Shown here: one piece after another, positions 7,860 to 15,357 of the stretch | Position numbering within the stretch: position 1 is the first letter of the stretch | Layout: the number at the start of each line of letters is the position of its first letter | From: Candidatus Methylomirabilia bacterium | GTDB taxonomy: Bacteria; Methylomirabilota; Methylomirabilia; Rokubacteriales; CSP1-6 | Length of the DNA stretch: 19,427 bases | NCBI GenBank assembly: GCA_046758965.1 | Contig: JBHIBG010000048.1 | Coordinates: 1 to 19,427, forward strand | Direction: 5' to 3' | Made by a program: the position numbers and the translations under genes | Notes under the pieces: model-generated | The model's input: only the letters and a program-made list of their open reading frames with translations | Database searches by the model: none | What the model was told of the DNA's origin: nothing

Positions 7860-8518
7860 TGGAACGAATCCCCGAGGCCGAGGTGATGGAGGAGCCGGCG
7901 CAGGCGCTGGCGTATGCCCGGGCCGACTTCGCCGAGGTCAACCAGGGCTTCGTGGACCGCTTCCGGACGGCGTTCCCGAGGCTGACCGTCGGGCGAATCG
8001 TCGACCTCGGCTGCGGCCCCGCGGACATCCCGATCCGACTCGCGCGCGCGGTGCCCGGGCTCCGCGTGATCGCCGTGGATGGCTCCACAGCGATGCTTGT
8101 TCAGGCCCGGAAGGCGGTCGCTGAGGCCGGAGTCGCCGAGCAGGTCCGGCTCCTCCACGCGCGGGTCCCTGGGCTCCCGTTTCCACCTGAGGCCTTCGAC
8201 GCCATCATCTCCAACAGCCTGCTCCACCACGTCCGCGAGCCGCAGCTTTTCTGGCAGGAGGTGCTCGGGCTGGGCCGTCCCGGCGCTGCGTTGTTGGTCA
8301 TGGACCTGTTCCGCCCCGACTCGCCCGACCGGGCGCGCGAGATCGTCGAAGCGGGTGCGGGGGATGAAGAGCCGATCCTGAAGCAGGACTTCTACAACTC
8401 GCTTCTGGCCGCCTTCACGCTGGACGAAGTGCGCACCCAGCTTGCCGCCACTCTCCCCCACCTGGACTGCCGGATCGTCAGCGAGCGCCACTGGCTGGTC
8501 TCCGGACGCCTTCCCTGA
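7859..8518 (+). CDS. Class I SAM-dependent methyltransferase (219 aa)
   Basis: Motif I VDLGCGPAD, motif II AVDGSTAML, FDAIISNSLLHH; TGATG stop/start overlap with the upstream gene. Confidence 0.9.
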   Translation: MERIPEAEVMEEPAQALAYARADFAEVNQGFVDRFRTAFPRLTVGRIVDLGCGPADIPIRLARAVPGLRVIAVDGSTAMLVQARKAVAEAGVAEQVRLLHARVPGLPFPPEAFDAIISNSLLHHVREPQLFWQEVLGLGRPGAALLVMDLFRPDSPDRAREIVEAGAGDEEPILKQDFYNSLLAAFTLDEVRTQLAATLPHLDCRIVSERHWLVSGRLP

Positions 8519-8595
8519 GCGTGACGGTCACAGTGCCGGAGGACGATCGACAAGCACAGGCCGGCGGATGCTGAGCGGCTTCTAGGGCCGACGAG

Positions 8596-9474
8596 TTGAC
8601 CAAAGACCTCGATCTTCGGGCAGCCGGCCTTGCCCTGCTTCTCTCCGCCTTATGGGGCGGCAATCCGGTCGCAATCAAGATCGGGCTCGAGGACGCGCCC
8701 CCCCTCAGGCTGGCCTGGATGCGCATCGTCCTGGGAGGGCTGTCGATCCTCACCTGGGCGTGGCGGACCGGGGGGCTCGCCGGATTCCGGGTCCACCCGA
8801 GCGAGCGGGGCCCCCTCCTCTTTCTCGGCCTGCTTTTCACGGTCCAGCTCGCCTTGCTCAACATTGGCACCGACCTCACCACGGCGAGCCGCTCCGCCGT
8901 GCTCATCAACGCCTACGCGGTGCACACGGTCGTGCTGGCGCATTTCCTCGTCCCCGGAGACCGCCTCACCACTCGAAAGCTCACCGGAGCCCTCATCGCC
9001 TATGCCGGCATCGTGATCCTCTTTGTGCGTCAGGTCGGAAGCGGGCTCGCCACCTGGCCGGGCGACCTCATCGTATCTGTCAGCGCGATCCTCCTGGGCG
9101 CGCGCACCACGTACCTGGCCCGGAGCGTGCAGCGGGTCGATCCCTACAAACTTCTGCTCGCCCAGGCTCTCATCGGGTCAGCCGCCTTTGTGGTCACCTC
9201 ATACTGGGTCGAGGCAGACTCCCCGTATCGCTGGACCACGCCGCTTGCCGTCTCTGTGCTCTACCAGGGGTTGGTGGTGGCCGGGTTCAACTTCACGGCC
9301 AACCTTTGGCTCCTCAAGCGTTACCGGCCGAGCGCCTTGGCCGGTTTCTACCTCACCTCCCCGATCTTCGGCGTGCTGCTCTCCTCCCTCTTCACCGGCG
9401 AGCCGCTCACCGCCGAGCTGCTCCTGGCCAGCCTCATGGTGGCGGCGGGGATCGGCCTCACGAGGCAGGCCTGA
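8596..9474 (+). CDS. EamA/DMT superfamily transporter (292 aa)
   Basis: [17 protein letters not shown], about 10 hydrophobic segments in two repeats, [18 protein letters not shown] start uncertain. Confidence 0.88.
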   Translation: MTKDLDLRAAGLALLLSALWGGNPVAIKIGLEDAPPLRLAWMRIVLGGLSILTWAWRTGGLAGFRVHPSERGPLLFLGLLFTVQLALLNIGTDLTTASRSAVLINAYAVHTVVLAHFLVPGDRLTTRKLTGALIAYAGIVILFVRQVGSGLATWPGDLIVSVSAILLGARTTYLARSVQRVDPYKLLLAQALIGSAAFVVTSYWVEADSPYRWTTPLAVSVLYQGLVVAGFNFTANLWLLKRYRPSALAGFYLTSPIFGVLLSSLFTGEPLTAELLLASLMVAAGIGLTRQA

Positions 9475-9500
9475 GCGGTATACTATTTGGCGAGGGAGCG

Positions 9501-9863
9501 ATGCCGACCCTGCCGTGGAGAGAGCTGGAAGTGGTCCCGAACCCCCATCCGGACCGGGACTACGAGGTCTCGGTCACGATCCCCGAGTTCACCTGCCTCT
9601 GCCCGCGGACCGGCCAGCCAGACTTCGCCACCATCAGGATCCGCTACGTCCCGGACCAGCACCTGGTGGAGCTCAAGTCGCTCAAGCTCTACATCTGGTC
9701 GTTCCGGAACGAGGGCGCCTTCCACGAGGACGTCACCAACCGGATCCTCAACGACCTCGTCTCGGCCTCGCGCCCCCGCTGGATCGAGGTCGTGGGCGAC
9801 TTCAACGTCCGCGGCGGCATCAAGACCGTCGTCACCGTCACTCACGGCAAGCGGGCGGAGTAG
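9501..9863 (+). CDS. queF: NADPH-dependent 7-cyano-7-deazaguanine (preQ0) reductase, type I QueF (120 aa)
   Basis: [16 protein letters not shown] with the catalytic Cys/Asp, QueF motif [11 protein letters not shown] and RGGI; SD GAGGGAG before the ATG at 9501. Confidence 0.96.
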   Translation: MPTLPWRELEVVPNPHPDRDYEVSVTIPEFTCLCPRTGQPDFATIRIRYVPDQHLVELKSLKLYIWSFRNEGAFHEDVTNRILNDLVSASRPRWIEVVGDFNVRGGIKTVVTVTHGKRAE

Positions 9864-9887
9864 CCCGTACGGTTTCGGGGCGAGCGG

Positions 9888-11081
9888 CTAGGGCTTGATC
9901 ACGCCCCTGGCTCGAAGATCGGCAATCTCCGCGTCGCTCAGCCCGTGCTCCCTGAGGATCTCGTCCGTGTGCTCTCCATAGGCCGGGGCAGCCCTGCGCG
10001 GGCCCGGGTCCATGGCGGAGGCCTTCAGCGGCGAGCCGATGGCGCTGATCTCTCCGAGCCGGGAGTGCGTTACCGGCTGGATCATCCCGAGATGCTCCAC
10101 CTGCGGGTCGCGCATGAGCCGGTCGATGGTCTTCACTGGCGCCGCGGGCACGCCTTCACGATCGAAGAGTTCCAACACCGCCTCCAGGTCGTGCCGGCCG
10201 ACCGCGGCGGCAACCGCGGCTTCAACCTCGGCCCGGTGCGCGACCCGATCCAAGTTGGTCTTGAACCGCGACTCCCCGATCAAGCGGTCGAGCTCGAGGG
10301 CCCCGCATAGCCGGCTCCACAGCCGGTCGTTCGCCGCCGCGACGAAGACGTACTGACCATCCCGGCACCGGAAGTTCCTGTAGGGGACGACGGAGGGGTG
10401 AGCCGAGCCCAAGCGCTTGCCGACGGTGCCGTCCAGGAGGTAGCCCTGGGGGTGGTAGTTGAGGAGCGAGATGGCGCTCTGGAGAAGCGAGCACTCGACC
10501 ACCTGCCCCTTCCCGGTCTTCTCCCGAACGAGCAAAGCGTTGACCACGGCAAAGGCCGCGATGATGCCGGTGGTCAGGTCGAGGAAGGAGAGCCCGCAGC
10601 GCACCGGCTCGCCATCAGGCTCGCCGGTCAGGCTCATCACGCCGGTATAAGCCTGCATCAGCGCCTCGTAGCCGGCCAGGTGAGCCAGAGGACCGCTGCG
10701 CCCGAACGCCGAGATCGCGCAGTAGATCAAAGAGGGGTTGAGCGCGCTCAACCTCTCGTAGCCCAGCCCGAAACCCTCCATGGTGCCGGTCCGAAAGTTC
10801 TCGACAAGCACATCGGCGTCCGTGACCAGCCGCCTCAGCACCTCTCGCCCCTCCGGCGCCTTCAGATCCAGCGTCATCCCGCGCTTGTTTCGGTTGCAGG
10901 CGAGGTACGCTGCTGACTCCCCGTCCTTTTGTGGTGGCCAGGTCCGCGCCTCGTCGCCCCCCGCGGTGTCCTCGATCTTGATGACGTCCGCCCCCAGATC
11001 GCCAAGCCAGGCGGCGCAGAACGGTCCCGCGAGCACCCGCGAGAGGTCGAGGACCTTGACGCCTTCGAGTGGAAGCGGCAT
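9888..11081 (-). CDS. Family III CoA-transferase (CaiB/BaiF/Frc), single domain
   Basis: LEGVKVLDLSRVLAGP, LGADVIKIE, NRNKR, DVLVENFR, catalytic Asp in GLSFLDLTTG and AP.YGEHT; start ATG 11081 (or GTG 11084) after GGGAG. Confidence 0.93.
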   Translation of the reverse strand: MPLPLEGVKVLDLSRVLAGPFCAAWLGDLGADVIKIEDTAGGDEARTWPPQKDGESAAYLACNRNKRGMTLDLKAPEGREVLRRLVTDADVLVENFRTGTMEGFGLGYERLSALNPSLIYCAISAFGRSGPLAHLAGYEALMQAYTGVMSLTGEPDGEPVRCGLSFLDLTTGIIAAFAVVNALLVREKTGKGQVVECSLLQSAISLLNYHPQGYLLDGTVGKRLGSAHPSVVPYRNFRCRDGQYVFVAAANDRLWSRLCGALELDRLIGESRFKTNLDRVAHRAEVEAAVAAAVGRHDLEAVLELFDREGVPAAPVKTIDRLMRDPQVEHLGMIQPVTHSRLGEISAIGSPLKASAMDPGPRRAAPAYGEHTDEILREHGLSDAEIADLRARGVIKP

Positions 11082-11221
11082 CACTCTCCCTCAGTACGAC
11101 CCCGCCCGCCCACGCTCGGACAGCGGTTCCGGCGCAGTGTGCCGGAAGACGGGACCGCTTTCCTGCAACTCAGTGACTCGCCTGTCACGCGGAACAGACG
11201 CGATACCAGGGCTACCGAGCC

Positions 11222-11227
11222 ATTATA
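11222..11227 (-). promoter_or_regulatory. Possible -10 element (TATAAT) for the CoA-transferase gene
   Basis: Perfect TATAAT on the minus strand just past the EamA stop; -35 at 17-nt spacing is only TGGCCG. Confidence 0.4.
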
Positions 11228-11239
11228 GTGGACGCTGAC

Positions 11240-12106
11240 TCAGCCGGCCAGGCTCAAGAGCGCCATCCCGGCGAGCATCACGAGCGCCGCCGGGGCGATC
11301 TCGCGGACCTTCTGCTGCTCCCTGAAGACCAGCGCCCCCACCGCCAGAGCGAAGAGGATCTCGACCTGCTTCACAGCCTCCACGTAGCTGGAGAGGGTCA
11401 GCGTGTAGGCGATGCCTTGGCTCACAGTGGTGAGCGCGGCGAAGAGACCGAGCGCCAGGAACCCTTTCCAGTAGCGCGGCACCTGGACAAAATGCCGACG
11501 CGAGGTCACGAGGACCAGGGGGGTTACCCACAGGCTCGCGGCCAGGTAGCCGCCGAGCGTCCCGGTGTAGGGATCCGAAAGGAGGATCGCTTGCTTGATG
11601 GTCAGGACCGAAGGAGCGTAGAACCACGCAGCGAGCAGGGTGTAGCGGAGCCCCCGGTCAGTCACCAGCACCGTGAACGGAGCCCAGGGGGCGACGCGCG
11701 CCTGGCGCACGTTCAAGAGGTACACGCCGGCGGTGGAGAGCAGCACCCCCGCAACCCCTATCGGGGTCGGCGTCTCCCTGAGGGTCAGGTATCCCATCAA
11801 GAGGAGGATCAGGAGGCTGACCTTCCAGAGCGGGGTGACGAGGGAGATCTCCGAGAGCTTGAGCGCCTTGGAAAGGGCCAGTGTCGCGATGGTCTGGCAG
11901 ATGCCGAACAGGAGGCAGAACGTGGCAAACCCTGGCTTGAGCTCCGGGAATCCTTTGGCGGCTGCCATGGCAAGGGCGAACGGCAGGAGAAAGGTGAAGC
12001 GGCCCCAGACGTTGATGTACTCGTCGAGCGAGTGACCGAGGCGTTTCATGGCCGCGTTGCGGAGAACCTGGCAGAACGCAGCCGCGAGTGCGAGCAGGAC
12101 CCACAT
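11240..12106 (-). CDS. EamA/DMT superfamily transporter (288 aa)
   Basis: About 10 TM segments, KALKLSEISLVTPL, LRETPT...GV and SYVEAVKQVEILF...VFRE two-repeat pattern. Confidence 0.87.
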   Translation of the reverse strand: MWVLLALAAAFCQVLRNAAMKRLGHSLDEYINVWGRFTFLLPFALAMAAAKGFPELKPGFATFCLLFGICQTIATLALSKALKLSEISLVTPLWKVSLLILLLMGYLTLRETPTPIGVAGVLLSTAGVYLLNVRQARVAPWAPFTVLVTDRGLRYTLLAAWFYAPSVLTIKQAILLSDPYTGTLGGYLAASLWVTPLVLVTSRRHFVQVPRYWKGFLALGLFAALTTVSQGIAYTLTLSSYVEAVKQVEILFALAVGALVFREQQKVREIAPAALVMLAGMALLSLAG

Positions 12107-12140
12107 TGCGGGGCCTGATCTCTAGACGTGCTCCAGCGAC

Positions 12141-13000
12141 CTACGACTCATTCTCGGAAGCCGGTGATTGAGAACGGGCGACGACGACAGATGATGCTTT
12201 GACCCCTCTCAGAAAGGCGCGGACGGCGCGGTTGAAGGCCTCGGCTTCTTCGATGAAGAAGCCGTGAGCCCCGTCAACGACCTTGAGGCGCGCCTTCGGG
12301 ATGAGCCGGGCCAGCTCCCGCGAGAAGGCCGGCGGCGTGAGGATGTCCTCCCGGCCCACCAGCACGAGCGTCGGGACCTTCATCTTCTTGAGGTCCCTCG
12401 CGCGGGTCCGGTTCCACGCGAAGATCCCGCCGGCCTGGCGCTCGATCCCCTCGGGCGTGGTCTGGCACGGGTAGGCCAGCGCGCGCTTCAGAGCCTCGTC
12501 AACCGCCCCGGGGCGCTCCAGGAAGGACGGAGTGTAGAGCCACGGGTAGAGCAGTTCCCTGAAGCGCTCCTCCACGCTCACCTTCCGCGAGAGAGCAACC
12601 CACGAGGACAGCGTGTGCAAGAATCGGCCGTCTGCTCTCGCCCACGTGCAGGCGAGAACCAGGCTCCGGACGGCCTTCGGATGGCGAAGGGCCAGCTCCT
12701 GGGCGATGGTCCCTCCATGGAAGTGCCGAGCACGTGGGCGCGCGCGATCCCCAGGTGACGCAGCAGCCCGGCCGCGTCGTCCGCCATCTGAGCGGTCGGA
12801 TAGACCTGGCCCTCGGCGACCCCGGTCTCCCCCACTCCGCGGTTGTCAAAGGTGATGACGCGATAGTGCGGAGAGAGGTCTCGCACCTGGAAGAGGAACC
12901 CGACCGCCGGGGCGGAGAGGCCGTTGATCAGCAGCAGGGCCTCACCCTGACCGTCCGTCTGGTAGTGGATCCGGATGCCGTTGACAGAAGCGTCGGGCAT
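12141..13000 (-). pseudogene. Alpha/beta hydrolase (enol-lactonase/RutD-like) split by a 1-nt deletion at about 12715 (pseudogene or sequencing error)
   Basis: Frame 1: MPDASVNGIRIHY..LLLINGL..FDNRGVG..HVLGTSM. Adding one G restores GGTIAQELALRHPKAVRSLVL, continuing into PTLVLVGREDILTP and DGAHGFF. Confidence 0.85.
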
Positions 13001-13003
13001 ACA

Positions 13004-13130
13004 CCCTCGGAGGGGGCTACGCTCCCCTACACTCGCCTCCGGCTCGTGCTCTTCGGAGCCTCGCGGAGGCGAGGCTCCTTCGCGTGGCGAACCTTCCCCC
13101 GACGGTCGCGCGGGCAAAGCCCGCGCCCGA
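13004..13130. repeat. GC-rich multi-hairpin (REP-like) palindromic element
   Basis: Perfect inverted repeats 13032-13041/13064-13073, 13055-13064/13069-13078 and 13108-13115/13119-13126 (AAA loop), plus an imperfect GGGGGC-tac-GCTCCCC hairpin near 13011-13028. Confidence 0.55.
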
Positions 13131-13228
13131 ACCGGCCTCGCGGAAACTCGGGGTGAGCGCGCCTCCCGTGTACTGCATCGGACGCTACGGACTCACGGGG
13201 CGTCCAGGCCAACGCGGGTCGCGAGCCC

Positions 13229-14242
13229 TCATGCGGGCTTGTGCGCTGTTGCCAGGTTGGTGATCCCAGGGATGAGCGCCTCCACCGATACGTGGCCAAA
13301 ACCCGCCAGGCTGAGGCGTTCGGTGACGAATGAGGGCGTGAGACAGACGGCGTCCGGGTTGTCCACCGTGCTACCCAAGAGGTGCCACGCCGCGATCGGC
13401 GGACCGGTCTTCTCGTCGCTGACCATAAAATCGTGTATGAGCACCAGCCCGCCGGGCGCCAGCGCCGTGTAGGCGCGTTTGGCCAGCTCGTCGATGTCGT
13501 CACGGCTGACAGCGCTCCACAGATAGGACATCAGCACGGCGTCCTGACCACTGGGCCACTCCGTGCTCACGGCGTTGCCGGGGAGATGGCCGACGCGCGC
13601 GCCGAGACCGGCCTCAGCGACGTATCGTTTCGCGACCTCCACGGTCTGCGGAAAATCCAGAATCGTCGCTGCAAGCTCGGGATAGCGCCGGCACAGCGTG
13701 ATCGTGAAGGCTCCACTGCCACCTCCGACATCGAGGAGTGTGCGGCAGCCCGTCAAATCGATCCGCCTGGCCAGCACGGCTGCCGGACCCAGGGAGCCGG
13801 CGTGCTGGGCGCGGGTGAACTGCTCGGCCCGTTCTTGGTCACCGTAATAGGCCGCATAGAATCCCGAGTCAGAACGGATGTGTTTGCCCCTGAGTGCCGC
13901 CTCGAGCGCGGTAAACATCGGATACACGAACTTGCCGTTCACCACCCGCAGGTAGTCGCCGAAATCCTTCGGCGCGCCTCGCACCAGGAAGGTTTCACTC
14001 GCGGGGGCGTTGGCGTAAAACTCCCCATCCTTTTCCAGCAAGCCGACGGAGACGAGTGCGGTCAGAAGCGCCAGCAGACGATTGGCGGCGATGTCGCTTT
14101 CGCGCGCGAGGGCGTCCAGTGTCTTGGGCTGTCCCGACAGGCGGCTGAATACGTCGAGGTCGAGTGCCGCGAAGAGAGCCCGGGAACCCACAAAACCGTA
14201 GGCAATCCGCGAAATGCCGCGCACGTCGGTGATGGGCTCCAT
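13229..14242 (-). CDS. SAM-dependent O-methyltransferase family protein with N-terminal dimerisation domain (Methyltransf_2; 337 aa)
   Basis: SRALFAALDLDVF..L winged-helix N-terminus, LLDVGGGSG, ILDFPQTV and ALAPGGLVLIHDF; SD GGAGGT. Confidence 0.9.
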   Translation of the reverse strand: MEPITDVRGISRIAYGFVGSRALFAALDLDVFSRLSGQPKTLDALARESDIAANRLLALLTALVSVGLLEKDGEFYANAPASETFLVRGAPKDFGDYLRVVNGKFVYPMFTALEAALRGKHIRSDSGFYAAYYGDQERAEQFTRAQHAGSLGPAAVLARRIDLTGCRTLLDVGGGSGAFTITLCRRYPELAATILDFPQTVEVAKRYVAEAGLGARVGHLPGNAVSTEWPSGQDAVLMSYLWSAVSRDDIDELAKRAYTALAPGGLVLIHDFMVSDEKTGPPIAAWHLLGSTVDNPDAVCLTPSFVTERLSLAGFGHVSVEALIPGITNLATAHKPA

Positions 14243-14342
14243 TATCTACCTCCCCTCGCTGTTGCGGCCTTGGCCGTTCATCCTATCGACTCGCACCCGC
14301 CCTTCCCCTTGCTCGGCTCTACGGCGTAGGCCGGCCAGGATG

Positions 14343-15356
14343 CTACGGGATCACGGCGACCTTGATGGAATCCGGCTGCCGGTGGGCGGTGAAGGCCTCC
14401 TCGATCGCCTCAAGCGGGAATTTGTGAGTCACGAGCGGGCCCACCGAAACCGCACCGTCCCGCAGCAGGCGCATCGCTTCGGGAAACTCGTCCCGGTAGA
14501 TCATGGAGCCCACGAGCGTGAGCTCCCGACGCACGACGCCAAAGAAGTGCACGCGGGACGGCTCGTGCGGAAGTCCGGTCAGCACCACACGTCCGCCGGG
14601 CCGGACCAACTCGATGGCGTGAGCCGCCGCCTCAGGCGTTCCGGCGGTCTCGACCACGATGTCCACGCCCTCCCGGCCCGCGAAGCTCTTCGCCACCTCG
14701 CTGCCCGGACCGGCTGCCAAGGCATGGGTGACTTCGGCTCCCAGCTCGCGGGCGATATCCAGCCGGCGGTGGGTGCGCCCTACCGCGAGGACCCGCGCCC
14801 CACGCGCGCGGAGCACCTGGAGCGCCAGCAGCCCAAGAGTGCCGACTCCCAGCACCGCCGCCGTCGCTCCTGACTCCACCTCTCCGCGAGCCACGGCGCG
14901 GACCACCACGGCCAGCGGCTCGGTCAGGAGGAGCTGCTCGTCAGAGAGACCGGACGGCGCTGCCCAGCAGCAGCGGGCCGGCACCCGGGCGAGGTGAGCG
15001 AAGCCGCCGTGGACGTCGATCCCCACCGCGGTACGCCGGGCGCAGAGGTTCCGGTTTCCATCCTGGCAGAGACGGCAGGAGCCGCAGGAGTAGTTGGGCT
15101 CCACAGCCACGCGGTCGCCGGGCTTGATGCTCTCGACGGCCTCACCGATCGCGGCGACGTCGCCGATAAACTCGTGGCCCATGATGAGAGGATAGCGGAC
15201 CGGCCGGTCGCCTGACCAGATCCGGTAATCGGTGCCGCAGAGCCCGGCAGCCCTGACCCGCACGAGTACCTCCCCGAGGGCCGGCTCGGGAGCAGTCGTA
15301 GGCTCGACTCTGAGGTCGCGGGGAGCGTAGAGGACGGCGGCCTTCATCGCTGGCAT
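14343..15356 (-). CDS. Zinc-dependent medium-chain alcohol dehydrogenase (sorbitol/threonine DH-like; 337 aa)
   Basis: Catalytic Zn ligands CGTD and GHE, structural Zn CGSCRLC...NLC, EPLA and Rossmann GVGTLG. Confidence 0.93.
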   Translation of the reverse strand: MPAMKAAVLYAPRDLRVEPTTAPEPALGEVLVRVRAAGLCGTDYRIWSGDRPVRYPLIMGHEFIGDVAAIGEAVESIKPGDRVAVEPNYSCGSCRLCQDGNRNLCARRTAVGIDVHGGFAHLARVPARCCWAAPSGLSDEQLLLTEPLAVVVRAVARGEVESGATAAVLGVGTLGLLALQVLRARGARVLAVGRTHRRLDIARELGAEVTHALAAGPGSEVAKSFAGREGVDIVVETAGTPEAAAHAIELVRPGGRVVLTGLPHEPSRVHFFGVVRRELTLVGSMIYRDEFPEAMRLLRDGAVSVGPLVTHKFPLEAIEEAFTAHRQPDSIKVAVIP

Positions 15357-15357
15357 C

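Noticed and set aside
8652..9500. Apparent 403-aa QueF fusion
   Set aside because: The upstream part is an off-frame read of the EamA gene; queF has its own SD and ATG at 9501.
9475..9500. preQ1 riboswitch before queF
   Set aside because: Only 26 nt of intergenic space, with no preQ1 stem-loop or A-rich tail.
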